From a virus (taxonomy: Duplodnaviria > Caudoviricetes), in the IMG/VR virus record IMGVR_UViG_3300049436_000062, positions 1 to 38,073 of that record: DNA of 38,073 nt; one strand, given 5' to 3'. Made by a program: the position numbers and the translations under genes. This document shows, piece by piece, positions 17,502-26,919 of this stretch. Within the stretch, counting starts at the first letter, position 1. Each line of letters opens with the position of its first letter. The notes beneath the pieces were generated by a model. That model had not been told where the DNA came from, ran no database searches, and worked only from the letters and a program-made list of their open reading frames with translations.

Positions 17502-19766
17502 GTGGTTTCGTACGCGCAAGCTCTAGTTACCCCCGGCCAGCAATGGGCAACCATTGTTACGATCGAAGGCTTGGGTGACGGCAACGGGATCTGGAAATTC
17601 TGCTCGCGCAGACCGGACTACGCGGTAAGCGCAGATTACAAGCCATGGCTTGTGACCTATCCCGATCTGCTTGAAGAGCGCGTGAGTCCGCTTGGGGGCA
17701 TGCCGGAGTCCGGGGAGCTCAGCGTACAGATCTTGGACGTGGGTCGGGCGCTGACCGGGGCGTTGCGTTTCCTGGGTAGCGCGGACATGTATTGGACCGC
17801 GGACGTGACCGCCTCCGCAACTACTGGCACGGTGTCTGGGACCCCGATCGTGGGCGATGTGCTGTGGTCGGGGAATGAAGCAATCCGTGTTGACGCCGTG
17901 ATCGGAGCTACGATTACGAGCATGACGCGCGGATTCTTGGATACGGATCCGTGGGCCCACCGTAGCCGTGATAGCATCTTTCCGGGGAGCCATTACATCA
18001 CCGGCAGGCGCATGCGTTTGTTTTTGGTCCCGGTCAACGGAGACTCGAGTGCGGACGAAACCGAGATCGGCCAGTACAGGATCGATGATCTAGAGCTGGA
18101 CGAAACGCTGAACGGGATCACGCTCAGAGGCACCACGCAATTTCAGTATCTGGCCCGGATGCTCCCGCGCCAGCCAAAGAATTTCGTGGTGCGTTTGGTG
18201 CACGAGTCCCCAGCCGCGCTGACCTACCAGAGCGATGGTAGCGCGGCCGACTTTGTGCCGTCCACGGATACCCAGCTCCGCGACGCGATCGTGGTTCGCA
18301 TTGGGGACGAACTACTCAAGATCCACGGCTGGCTTTCTAATACTATGTTCATTGACGATCGCGCTGTGCTGGGCTCGCAGCAAGGTGAGATCGAGGTAGG
18401 CGCAAATGGCTCCGTAGTGCTCACGGCTGATCCGGATGTGCAGGGGTGCTTCCGTTATTTCATCGGAGCGACCCCGTATTCTAGCACGCACCCCATGGAC
18501 ATTTTGCTCGCGTTTCTCACGTCCAGCTACCACCCCGATGATGGTATGTACGGCACGAATACTTGGGGCTCGTACAATTGGAGCTATCTCCCGATCGGCT
18601 GGGGTCTCGGGATCCCGACGTCGCAGATCGATGTCCAGAGTTTTTTGGATGTCAAAGCGCGCTACGCTGACCTGGACTTCAAAGACTTTTACTTCGGGGA
18701 TGAACAAGTTAGTTTCGCAGAGTTTGTGACGGAGACTTTTCTTCGGCCATTGGGTGCGTACCTGAGCACGGCCAGCGGCCAGCTTGCGATCGTGGTGCCC
18801 AAACTCCCGACCGAGGCGGACTCCTCCGTTGCGATCACGACCGCGGACATTCTCACAGATCAGGTCCCGGACGGTCCGGGGGCGATGGTGGCCCCGGGCG
18901 TGCGTCTGTCGCTGGAGACTAAGCTCATAGTCTCGAGCGTGGCCTACGTGGCGCGAGACGCCAACGGCCAGGAGCGGGCCTTCCGCGTAGAAAACTCGGA
19001 CTTCGCAGAGACATTCGGTCAGCGCGGATACTTCGGAACGGAGTCTGGCACTATCAAGATCAACCTGCGGAGCTTCCGGGCCCCGCGCGTGGGCGTGCCT
19101 TCGATCATTCAGGAGCTGGCATACAAGCGGCTCTTTCGTTTTCAGCGCCCACTATTGCGGCTCACGTTCCGCACTAGCCTGCGCTTCATGGGGTCACGGC
19201 CAGGTCAACTATTCTCGGTCACCATGCCGGAGCTCCCCGACTTCGCGAACGGGTCCCGAGGCTGGGTGGGAGTAACCTGTGAGATCATCGGCAAGCGCCC
19301 GGTGATCGGGGCGGACGGGGCGTTCATTGAATGGACCGTGCTCAGTTACGGGCCGAACCTGCACGCGGCCTGGATTGCGCCCATCGCGCGCGTGGCCAGC
19401 GTAGCGGGCGCTGGGCCGTACACCGCGACCTGTACGGCCAACCGGTTCACGGACCCTGCGGGGCCGCTTGGACTGCCCGCTACGGACGTGGGCGCGTTTG
19501 AGACCGGGGACGTGGTGGAGCTCCGTTCGGTGGATGGGTCCGTCCTGGCCGCGGGCACGCGCTACACGATCACGGTCACCGGGGCGAACACCATTTCTCT
19601 GCCGGGCAACTTTGGCGGGGCCTTGGCCGCGGGCACGTTCCTGTGCTATACTGGGTATGACAACGCGGTCTCCCAACAAAGGAACCGTTTCGCGTTTCAG
19701 TCTGACTCCACACTCCTGACCCCTGGCGCATCAAGCGATCAGGCCTACGTGTTCGGGGAGCCCTAG
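17502..19766 (+). CDS. large tail-tip / baseplate hub protein
   Basis: 754 aa, GTG start after AGAGG; EAIRV...TRGFLDT...AH motif seen in tail-tip proteins. Confidence 0.7.
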   Translation: MVSYAQALVTPGQQWATIVTIEGLGDGNGIWKFCSRRPDYAVSADYKPWLVTYPDLLEERVSPLGGMPESGELSVQILDVGRALTGALRFLGSADMYWTADVTASATTGTVSGTPIVGDVLWSGNEAIRVDAVIGATITSMTRGFLDTDPWAHRSRDSIFPGSHYITGRRMRLFLVPVNGDSSADETEIGQYRIDDLELDETLNGITLRGTTQFQYLARMLPRQPKNFVVRLVHESPAALTYQSDGSAADFVPSTDTQLRDAIVVRIGDELLKIHGWLSNTMFIDDRAVLGSQQGEIEVGANGSVVLTADPDVQGCFRYFIGATPYSSTHPMDILLAFLTSSYHPDDGMYGTNTWGSYNWSYLPIGWGLGIPTSQIDVQSFLDVKARYADLDFKDFYFGDEQVSFAEFVTETFLRPLGAYLSTASGQLAIVVPKLPTEADSSVAITTADILTDQVPDGPGAMVAPGVRLSLETKLIVSSVAYVARDANGQERAFRVENSDFAETFGQRGYFGTESGTIKINLRSFRAPRVGVPSIIQELAYKRLFRFQRPLLRLTFRTSLRFMGSRPGQLFSVTMPELPDFANGSRGWVGVTCEIIGKRPVIGADGAFIEWTVLSYGPNLHAAWIAPIARVASVAGAGPYTATCTANRFTDPAGPLGLPATDVGAFETGDVVELRSVDGSVLAAGTRYTITVTGANTISLPGNFGGALAAGTFLCYTGYDNAVSQQRNRFAFQSDSTLLTPGASSDQAYVFGEP

Positions 19767-19769
19767 CGA

Positions 19770-20603
19770 ATGTCGGATCTATTCACGCCTGAGCGGGCAT
19801 CGCGCCTCGGTTTCTTGGACGATGTGTTCGCTACGGACGGAGAGCCGCTGCACGCGCTAGGGCTCCGCACCCTTGCCATGCAAGCCAACTATCAGAGCAC
19901 TCAGGGCGGGGCTTGCCTGAGTCTGCTCTGGGACGCGGACTCGTCGGCTGACACGGGAGTGCTAGGAGCGTACCGCGGGGTGGGCGCCCCGATCTGGTGC
20001 CCGATCACGCCTCCGTTGATCGTGCCCAAAGACCCCGGCCGCACACACTACGAATGCACGGTAACGATCGCCACCATTGGGGACGTATTCCTTCAATTCA
20101 CTTCCGGGGCGGAACCGTTTGACCCTGCCGCGGATATCAATAGCGTGAACGTCCTAAGCTTCACGGGCGGAGCCAGCCTAACAACTTTCACCACTAAGCA
20201 GATCACTTTCCGCGCACCTGAGACTGCGGACTTTGACAACGTGCAGATCTGGATCCGAGGCACTCCGACCGGAACCCTGGCCACAGGTGGTGGCACACCG
20301 AACACCGGAACAATTACTGCAATGCTGGCCGCGGATGATCTGTACGCCAGCGGAGCGACCTGGACCTTGACCGGAGCCGGAACAAACTGGGCCGGTGTCA
20401 ACGCGCTTGTGGTGCGCAACGCCAGCGCTCAAACGATCATGAGCCACCGACTGATCACGAACGTTCCGGCCGCGAACCGCCTGCGTTTCTATCCGGCTAG
20501 CACGCTCCCCTATCCGGCTCTGAACGGGGCCACCTATCGGATCGAAACGTTGCCCACCTGGCGCTTGAGTCACATCGGGATCTATACCCAGGAGCAGACC
20601 TAA
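19770..20603 (+). CDS. minor tail protein
   Basis: Thr/Gly-rich, within the tail module. Confidence 0.55.
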   Translation: MSDLFTPERASRLGFLDDVFATDGEPLHALGLRTLAMQANYQSTQGGACLSLLWDADSSADTGVLGAYRGVGAPIWCPITPPLIVPKDPGRTHYECTVTIATIGDVFLQFTSGAEPFDPAADINSVNVLSFTGGASLTTFTTKQITFRAPETADFDNVQIWIRGTPTGTLATGGGTPNTGTITAMLAADDLYASGATWTLTGAGTNWAGVNALVVRNASAQTIMSHRLITNVPAANRLRFYPASTLPYPALNGATYRIETLPTWRLSHIGIYTQEQT

Positions 20604-21292
20604 TGGCGCAATTCGATCAGCTTCCACGGAGCACGCCCCCAGCGCTAATTACTCCGTATCACTACACGCCCCGTGCGGGCGCTACGTTCGTGGTGCCCGC
20701 TCGCGCGCTCAACGCTAGCTATACGTACGCTCAGACGCACTCCCGTTTCTTGTTCTCCCATATGTGGAGCTGGAACGGGCGTTCGCCTGCGGACCTGATC
20801 CCTACGCAATACTTCGAGCAATCGAGTCAGCAACTCTTGTTTCAGGCCAACGTGTTTTTGCCCGAGCGGATCAGCCGGATCGCGGCCATGGTTTATTTCC
20901 GCGTAGGGGCCAACTCCAGCGGAGTTGCAGCGACCCCCGGCAGTACGCACCACATCACCGTTGCCAACGGTAGCGGCTCGGACACCGGGGACGATTTCAC
21001 CGCGCAGCACCCCCCAATTCCGTTCATGATGAATTCTGCGAACACGCGACAGCTTCCTACAGGCGGATCACAACGTGTACCGTTTGCCGGGAGCATCGAT
21101 CCGGCCATGCCTTTTGCGGACGTCTACAACGTTGGGTGCTTTGTTGAGCTTGTTTCGTGCCTGGACGGTTCGGGCGCGCTCCGCCCACCCAACCCCTTCA
21201 CGGTCAGCGTATACGGCACGGCCACAAACGAGGACGGCTCAGCCGTTACTTACGCGCCCGTGGCTGTGGTCGGCTGGTATGAGGTAAACTAA
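20603..21292 (+). CDS. minor tail protein (putative)
   Basis: TAATG coupling at both ends; position. Confidence 0.5.
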   Translation: MAQFDQLPRSTPPALITPYHYTPRAGATFVVPARALNASYTYAQTHSRFLFSHMWSWNGRSPADLIPTQYFEQSSQQLLFQANVFLPERISRIAAMVYFRVGANSSGVAATPGSTHHITVANGSGSDTGDDFTAQHPPIPFMMNSANTRQLPTGGSQRVPFAGSIDPAMPFADVYNVGCFVELVSCLDGSGALRPPNPFTVSVYGTATNEDGSAVTYAPVAVVGWYEVN

Positions 21293-21831
21293 TGGCCCGT
21301 CAAGCTGCGGCCGCAACCATGACCCCGCTCGTGTTTAGCACGGGCAACGCGATCAAATCGGACGATATCCTCACGCTCGTGCGCCAGGTGAATTGGGGCG
21401 GAGCGAACCGCATGCAAACGCACGCGGGCTTGAATTGTGGGGACGCGAATGATCTGGTGATCGTGGGTCCGCTGCGGATCACCGTCACGGCCACGGTTGG
21501 CGTGTTCCGCACGCGCATCCGGTTCACCGCTAGAATATCGAGGGACGCGGCCAGCGTGGTAGGGCGGTACCAGATTTTTGTTGACGCGGCCGGAACTACT
21601 ATCCGTAGCCGATTGACCGTAGGAGCCGCAGCCGCGGTCACTACCAGTCACACCAGCGCGGGCAACGGAACGGACACCGCGATCACGGTAGCAACGTCTA
21701 GCTCCGGGACCGGCTTCCGCGAAGTGACACTCGAGCTGGAGCGCCAGTCCGGAGCCGCGAACGCGAGCCTAGATTTCTTTACGTTCTATGAAGTACCGAT
21801 CAGCTCGCTCACCGCTCCGGTGGACGAATAG
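21292..21831 (+). CDS. minor tail protein (putative)
   Basis: beta-rich; last gene before lysis. Confidence 0.5.
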   Translation: MARQAAAATMTPLVFSTGNAIKSDDILTLVRQVNWGGANRMQTHAGLNCGDANDLVIVGPLRITVTATVGVFRTRIRFTARISRDAASVVGRYQIFVDAAGTTIRSRLTVGAAAAVTTSHTSAGNGTDTAITVATSSSGTGFREVTLELERQSGAANASLDFFTFYEVPISSLTAPVDE

Positions 21832-21838
21832 AGGGAAC

Positions 21839-22297
21839 ATGAAAAACCAACCGACACATATCTTGGTGCACTGCTCAGACTCAGCCGGAGGCACGCGCGC
21901 AGACATCGACCAATGGCACAAAGAGCGAGGATTCGGTGGAATCGGCTATCACTATGTAGTACTCAACGGAAGTCTCAGCCCGGGCGGTAAAAACTACGTG
22001 GCTATTATGGACGGGCACGTAGACGCGGGTAGACCTGAAAGCCAGGTTGGCGCGCACTGCCCACCGTTCAACGCGCGATCGATCGGGATTTGCGCCATTG
22101 GCAAGCGGGACCTATTCACCGCTCCGCAGCTTGCCGCGCTGGACGCGCTGATCTCTCGGCTGTGCAAGGCGTACAAGATTCCGAGTGACCGTGTGATCGG
22201 GCATTGCGAGGCGGATCCGGCCAGCAAGAAAACATGCCCCGAAATGGATATGACGGCCCTCCGGGAACGCGTGGCCGCGCTGAACGCGAAAGGTTAG
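21839..22297 (+). CDS. endolysin, N-acetylmuramoyl-L-alanine amidase (T7 lysozyme type)
   Basis: ILVHCS, IGYHY, GAHC, NARSIGIC, GH...KTCP motifs; GAGGG before ATG 21839. Confidence 0.93.
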   Translation: MKNQPTHILVHCSDSAGGTRADIDQWHKERGFGGIGYHYVVLNGSLSPGGKNYVAIMDGHVDAGRPESQVGAHCPPFNARSIGICAIGKRDLFTAPQLAALDALISRLCKAYKIPSDRVIGHCEADPASKKTCPEMDMTALRERVAALNAKG

Positions 22298-22298
22298 A

Positions 22299-22559
22299 AT
22301 GGCTATGGACGATCTGCTCAAAGGATTTCTGGAGTACGGAAGCACGGGTCTCATGGCTGCGGCCATTATTTATGTGGTGCGGTACATGCTCGATAAGCAG
22401 CGGGAGATCGCAAAGGAGGAGCGCGACAGCCACGAACACGAGGTGGACAAGCTGACCGCCACGTTCAGCGCTGCGATTCAGAGCGTGGGCGCCAGCATGG
22501 AAAAGACCGCGGATAAGATCGTGGACGAAATGCGCAGAGAAAAAGGAGAGTCAAAGTAA
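22299..22559 (+). CDS. putative holin (single TM plus charged coiled tail)
   Basis: YGSTGLMAAAIIYVV TM segment; follows the endolysin. Confidence 0.6.
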   Translation: MAMDDLLKGFLEYGSTGLMAAAIIYVVRYMLDKQREIAKEERDSHEHEVDKLTATFSAAIQSVGASMEKTADKIVDEMRREKGESK

Positions 22560-22849
22560 TGGACGCTGTATTGCAGTTTATTGCGGTGATTGCCGCGTGC
22601 CTCGCTCCGCTCCTGGCCGGCATGTACGTGCAGCACAGGCGCGAGCAGCGCGCGCGCGTACCCTCGGCCATCCCCGGCCCACCGGCCGCGCCTGCGGAGG
22701 TGGACGCGGTCCGCCTGGAGCTGGCCAAAAAGAACGTGCAGGATCCACCTGCCCCGAACCGCCAACGCCTGGAGTCCCTTTTCCAAGAGGCGGAATCCAT
22801 TCGGGAAAAAATGGGATCCCGTTTTTCGGATCCACCTGGATCCACCTGA
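22559..22849 (+). CDS. membrane-anchored lysis-module protein
   Basis: N-terminal TM VLQFIAVIAACLAPLLAGMYV; AGGAG SD; TAATG coupling. Confidence 0.55.
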   Translation: MDAVLQFIAVIAACLAPLLAGMYVQHRREQRARVPSAIPGPPAAPAEVDAVRLELAKKNVQDPPAPNRQRLESLFQEAESIREKMGSRFSDPPGST

Positions 22850-22947
22850 TCCGTATGGTCTCTTATAATAGAGAGAAAAAAGAGATCAACAGGGAGCCCT
22901 ATACGCGCGAGCCAGGCACTGTCGGATCCAGGTGGATCAGGCGGATC
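22741..22947. repeat. GATC-rich iteron-like element A (GATCCRCCT units, convergent arms around an AT-rich core)
   Basis: GGATCCACCT at 22741, 22828 and 22838; inverted units 22923-22947; AT-rich core 22861-22890; 9 GATC sites. Confidence 0.8.
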
Positions 22948-23292
22948 GCGCTGACCCTCGCGCTGCTCATGGCCCGCCCAGCCCTCGGCCAGGATTGGAC
23001 CACACCCCTAGCGCTCCCGCCCTGCGCTGAGACCGCCTCCGTATCGGCCGACCTGCACAGTGTGGAAGCCAAGTGCGAGCGTGCGATCGACGTCTGGCGC
23101 TACCTGTACCTGGACACAGACGATCGCCTCGCGCGGGAGCAGCGCGCCCGAGCTCTCGCAGAGAGTCAGCTCCAGACCCTTCGCGATGCTCAAGACGCTG
23201 AGCCGGTGTCCGTCCCGCTGCTCTGGACCGTGGTAATTAGCTCCGCTGCTTTCCTCCTAGGTGGGGTCACGGTCGTTTTGCTCACCAAGTAA
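22855..23292 (+). CDS. protein with N-terminal signal/TM, coiled coil and C-terminal TM (spanin-like?)
   Basis: RRIALTLALLMARPALG and LLWTVVISSAAFLLGGVTVVLL hydrophobic segments; last gene of the lysis module. Confidence 0.55.
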   Translation: MVSYNREKKEINREPYTREPGTVGSRWIRRIALTLALLMARPALGQDWTTPLALPPCAETASVSADLHSVEAKCERAIDVWRYLYLDTDDRLAREQRARALAESQLQTLRDAQDAEPVSVPLLWTVVISSAAFLLGGVTVVLLTK

Positions 23293-23323
23293 TTGTTGCG
23301 GAAAACGTGGGTTGACCCCCAGC

Positions 23324-23352
23324 TAGACGTGACACCCCCGGCCGACTACTGT
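23324..23352 (+). promoter_or_regulatory. possible promoter TAGACG-N17-TACTGT for the replication module
   Basis: partial sigma70 match in the intergenic gap; ATG 23361 has no SD and could be leaderless. Confidence 0.3.
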
Positions 23353-23360
23353 CGCACTCC

Positions 23361-23549
23361 ATGGCCCGTAGGCGCGCCCGTTCAAATACACCCGACCTGC
23401 TAGAGGATCACGCGGAGGCTGTGGGCGCGCTCCGCTCCGCCCTCGAGTCTCCGATCCTGAGCGAGTCCCAAAAAATTACCGCTATCCGTGAGGCGCTCGA
23501 TTCTGTCGAGCAGACCATGCGCGATCTATGGCGGGAGCTGGAGTCATGA
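23361..23549 (+). CDS. small hypothetical protein
   Basis: 62 aa helical; ATGA overlap with the next gene. Confidence 0.6.
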   Translation: MARRRARSNTPDLLEDHAEAVGALRSALESPILSESQKITAIREALDSVEQTMRDLWRELES

Positions 23550-24091
23550 CAATGGTTACGTTCGCAAACAAAAAGATCACGCCCGCTCAGGCCGTTGCGG
23601 CTCAGCCCGCGGCCACGCGCCCGGACCCGTCAGGGTTCGCTGCGCAATTCAACGCGGCCAAGCCGGCTCAGCACGGAATTTATATGGACCCTGGTGATCA
23701 CATCCTGAGCCTGATTCAGTGCAAGTTGCTCAGCGGCCCGACCCCGCAGGGCAAGTTGCGGAACGCGTTCATCGCTGAATTCCGAGTGGAGGAAAGCACG
23801 GTCCACCGGCCCGGGACTGTGGTCTCTTGGTACTGCGATCAAAACAGCGTGGGAGGGTTTGGTGATATCAAGAGCCTGATCCACGCGCTCGCCAACTCCG
23901 GCATGCCGGAAGCGGAAGCGATCTCGGTCGAGGATATCACGTTCGATCACTACCAAGAATTGGTGACCGAGCCCGAGCCCGGCAAGCCAGCCCCGGGCGC
24001 TGGCTCCCGCGTGCACGCGCACGCCTGGCACAAGGCGACCAAAAACAACGGAGTGTTTACCAAGATCCAATTCAATCCGATCTTCGCGTAG
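23546..24091 (+). CDS. putative single-stranded DNA-binding protein (OB-like)
   Basis: start of the replication module; PGDH...FIAEFRV...VFTKIQF pattern seen in phage SSB-like proteins; GGAG SD. Confidence 0.5.
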   Translation: MTMVTFANKKITPAQAVAAQPAATRPDPSGFAAQFNAAKPAQHGIYMDPGDHILSLIQCKLLSGPTPQGKLRNAFIAEFRVEESTVHRPGTVVSWYCDQNSVGGFGDIKSLIHALANSGMPEAEAISVEDITFDHYQELVTEPEPGKPAPGAGSRVHAHAWHKATKNNGVFTKIQFNPIFA

Positions 24092-24151
24092 CGGCTCCAG
24101 CCCCGAGCGTACCCACGCGCGACTCCTAGTGCGAGCCTAGGAGCGGGGCAT

Positions 24152-24487
24152 ATGAAACTCAAGCCCTCGGACTTTGACTGGGAGAAGTACGACTACGCGT
24201 GGACATACGTCCGAGAAAACGACACCGTCGTGTTATGGGGGGACCGGTCCAAAGGGGATAACGGGTGGGGCTTCAGGGGAGATATGCCCTCGTCTTGGTG
24301 GATAACCAGGACCCCTAAGCCCGAGCCGGTCTATCAACTCCTGACTCCGGGGACTTGGATCAGAGAAGGGGATGAGATGAGTTTGGGTGATGATTGTTGG
24401 AAAAAGGCGGTGGGTACTTGTGGCTTTTATGCGGCCCGGAACGAAATATGGCGTCGCAAGTTGCCGGAAGGAACAAAGCTGCCATGA
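24152..24487 (+). CDS. hypothetical Trp-rich protein
   Basis: AGGAG SD; ATGA overlap with the methylase. Confidence 0.6.
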   Translation: MKLKPSDFDWEKYDYAWTYVRENDTVVLWGDRSKGDNGWGFRGDMPSSWWITRTPKPEPVYQLLTPGTWIREGDEMSLGDDCWKKAVGTCGFYAARNEIWRRKLPEGTKLP

Positions 24488-25011
24488 CCAAACGGACTCC
24501 GGAAGAAAAGGCGCTACACGATTCCTGGCAAACGCCAGACTGGGTGCTGAACTACGCGGAGGCGCTGCTAGGGCGGCCGTTCTCGCTGGACCTAGCAGCG
24601 GCCCCGGGCAACGCGGTAGCACCCCGCTACTTCACCGCGGACGACCCGGCCCAGGAACGCCTACGCGCTGCCACGCTCGGGGCGGCCTGGCTAAACCCAC
24701 CGTTCTCGGACATTCACTCGCACGTGCGCGCTGCGCTCCGCGGGTACCGCGAGGGGCGCTTTCCCGCGCTGGGGCTCTTGACGCTGGGAGACATCAGCAC
24801 CCAGTATTGGGCGGAGCTACAGGATCACAACGCAACGCAGGTCCCGATTATTGGACGCTGGAGTTGCGTTCCGCCTCCGGGTCTAAGCGTCAGTCAAAGC
24901 AAGGTCGCATTTGCGCTGTGGCTGCTTTCTGATAAGCCGATCCCTAGGACCCTCGCAGTACACTACAAGCTCATCGGTGAAGTATTCGGCACCCCGCGCA
25001 GGCGCTACTAA
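24484..25011 (+). CDS. dam: phage DNA N6-adenine methyltransferase (phage Dam family)
   Basis: DSWQTP, FSLDLAA and WLNPPFS motifs. Confidence 0.85.
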   Translation: MTKRTPEEKALHDSWQTPDWVLNYAEALLGRPFSLDLAAAPGNAVAPRYFTADDPAQERLRAATLGAAWLNPPFSDIHSHVRAALRGYREGRFPALGLLTLGDISTQYWAELQDHNATQVPIIGRWSCVPPPGLSVSQSKVAFALWLLSDKPIPRTLAVHYKLIGEVFGTPRRRY

Positions 25012-25012
25012 C

Positions 25013-26908
25013 ATGACGGATGTCATCGCGCTGGACACCGAGACTTATCCGATCGCCCCTGGGTGCGTGGTGCCTCCGCTTGTGGTGCTGAGCTGGGCGA
25101 CGGCCGAGGAGTCCGATTTACACCTGTCCACGGACGCGCCCGAAATCATGCGCCCCTGGCTACAGGACCGAACGATCATAGGGGCGAACATCGCGTTCGA
25201 TATGGCGGTACTCGCGAACCGTGAGCCCGCGCTGATCCCGGAAATTTACGAGGCATACGAACGCGATCAAATCCTGGACGTCCAGATTTTGGATCAGCTC
25301 CTGGCGATCAGACGCGGCAACCTAGACCGCTTGAGATTCAATCTCAGTGCGCTCAACGAACGCTATCTAGGCTTCCCGCTCGCGAAAGGCGAAGACACAT
25401 GGCGGACCCGTTACGCGGAGCTGGACGGCATTCCGTTGAGCCAATGGCCGCAAGAAGCAATCGACTACTCAATCGGGGATGCGGAGGCAACATTTGACGT
25501 TTACCAAGCGCAACTCACCCTGCACCCAGACTACCCGAGCCGCGCTGAGCTGGGCCGTCAAGGTCGCGCTGCTTTTGCTCTTCACCTCATGCGCGCATGG
25601 GGTGTCCGTTCAGATCCCCGTGCAGTATCGGCCCTCCGAACCGATCTCTCTGCCCACGTCCTTGACCTTCGCGGGCTGCTATTGGAGAGGGGTCTACTCA
25701 AGACCAAACGGACATACCCGTTCCCCGGAGGCTTCCGAGGCGGTTCACCGTGTGTCCTTGAAGACGCGGTCGATCAAAAGGCCGTCATGGCGCGCGTGGA
25801 AGCGGACGCGCTCGCCCGGGGTTGCGCAGTCAAGAGCACGGACACCGGTCGGACTGCCATCGACGGGGATACGCTGCGAGCCAGCGAAGACCCGGTGCTG
25901 CACGCCCTGGCGGAACGGTCGAAAGTTACGAAATTGCTCGATTTCGTGGAAGTCCTAGAAAAGGGGGCCGGTCAACATCCTTTCCACCCACGGTGGAACG
26001 TCCTTGTGGCCACGGGCCGAACAAGCTGCGGAGGGGATGAGGATCCCGGCAACCTGCAAAATCAGCCACGCAAGGGCGGCATTCGGGAGTGTTTCATTCC
26101 CACCCCCGGTCACGTGTTTATTACGCGGGACGTGGACTCCGCGGAACTACGCGCGCTCGCGCAGATCACGTACGCAATCTGCGGCTTCTCGCACATGCGG
26201 GACGTTTTTCTGCGCGGCCCTGGCTACGATGATCCTCACCAGGCGTTGCACGAATCGGCTCCCGACCTAATCCCCGATCGGCAGTTTGCCAAGATCCCCA
26301 ATTTTGGTTTCCCGGGTGGGTTGGGTGTGGATTCGTTCGTTGAGTATGCCAAGGGCTACGGGGCGACCATCGACGTTGAAAAGGCGCAAGCGCTAAAGAA
26401 CGCGTGGTTCGCACGATGGCCGGAAGTCCGCGGATATTTTCGAGTCGTAAAAGATCTAACGGACGATTGGTCGTCTAAGGAAATTGTACAGTACGGGTCC
26501 GGCCGGATCCGGGGCCAGGTCCGTTTCACTCAAGCTGCCAACTCTTTCTTCCAGGGCTTAGTAGCCGATGCGATGAAATGCGTTTTGGCCCGGGTCAGCC
26601 GGGAGTGTTATGACCCCACTATCCGCGTGGACGGACACCCAAGCCCCCTGTACGGTTGTCGGCCCGTTGCGTTCGTGCACGATGAAGTCATTATCGAGTG
26701 TCCGCACCGAGATAATACGGACACGCGCGCGCACTACGCGAACGTCCGTATCGGTCAGATCATCGAACAAGAATTCGCGCGTTGGATGCCAGACGTTCCC
26801 GTCCGCTCCAGCGGAGCCGCCATGGCCCGTTGGTATAAAGGCGCAAAAGAAACACTCAGCCCCCAGGGGTACCTAATCCCGTGGACCCCGCCACCCCCCA
26901 AAACCTAA
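25013..26908 (+). CDS. polA: family A DNA polymerase with 3'-5' exonuclease
   Basis: ExoI ALDTET, ExoII NIAFD, ExoIII YSIGDA; TGRTS, NLQNQP, motif A DVDSAELR, motif B KIPNFG, motif C VHDE. Confidence 0.93.
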   Translation: MTDVIALDTETYPIAPGCVVPPLVVLSWATAEESDLHLSTDAPEIMRPWLQDRTIIGANIAFDMAVLANREPALIPEIYEAYERDQILDVQILDQLLAIRRGNLDRLRFNLSALNERYLGFPLAKGEDTWRTRYAELDGIPLSQWPQEAIDYSIGDAEATFDVYQAQLTLHPDYPSRAELGRQGRAAFALHLMRAWGVRSDPRAVSALRTDLSAHVLDLRGLLLERGLLKTKRTYPFPGGFRGGSPCVLEDAVDQKAVMARVEADALARGCAVKSTDTGRTAIDGDTLRASEDPVLHALAERSKVTKLLDFVEVLEKGAGQHPFHPRWNVLVATGRTSCGGDEDPGNLQNQPRKGGIRECFIPTPGHVFITRDVDSAELRALAQITYAICGFSHMRDVFLRGPGYDDPHQALHESAPDLIPDRQFAKIPNFGFPGGLGVDSFVEYAKGYGATIDVEKAQALKNAWFARWPEVRGYFRVVKDLTDDWSSKEIVQYGSGRIRGQVRFTQAANSFFQGLVADAMKCVLARVSRECYDPTIRVDGHPSPLYGCRPVAFVHDEVIIECPHRDNTDTRAHYANVRIGQIIEQEFARWMPDVPVRSSGAAMARWYKGAKETLSPQGYLIPWTPPPPKT

Positions 26909-26919
26909 GAGGCCCCCAA

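Noticed and set aside
13651-21831. Diversity-generating retroelement targeting tail genes
   Set aside because: No reverse transcriptase and no template/variable repeat pair seen
22803-22827. Intrinsic terminator at GAAAAAATGGGATCCCGTTTTTC
   Set aside because: Lies inside a CDS, has almost no loop, and is better explained as part of element A
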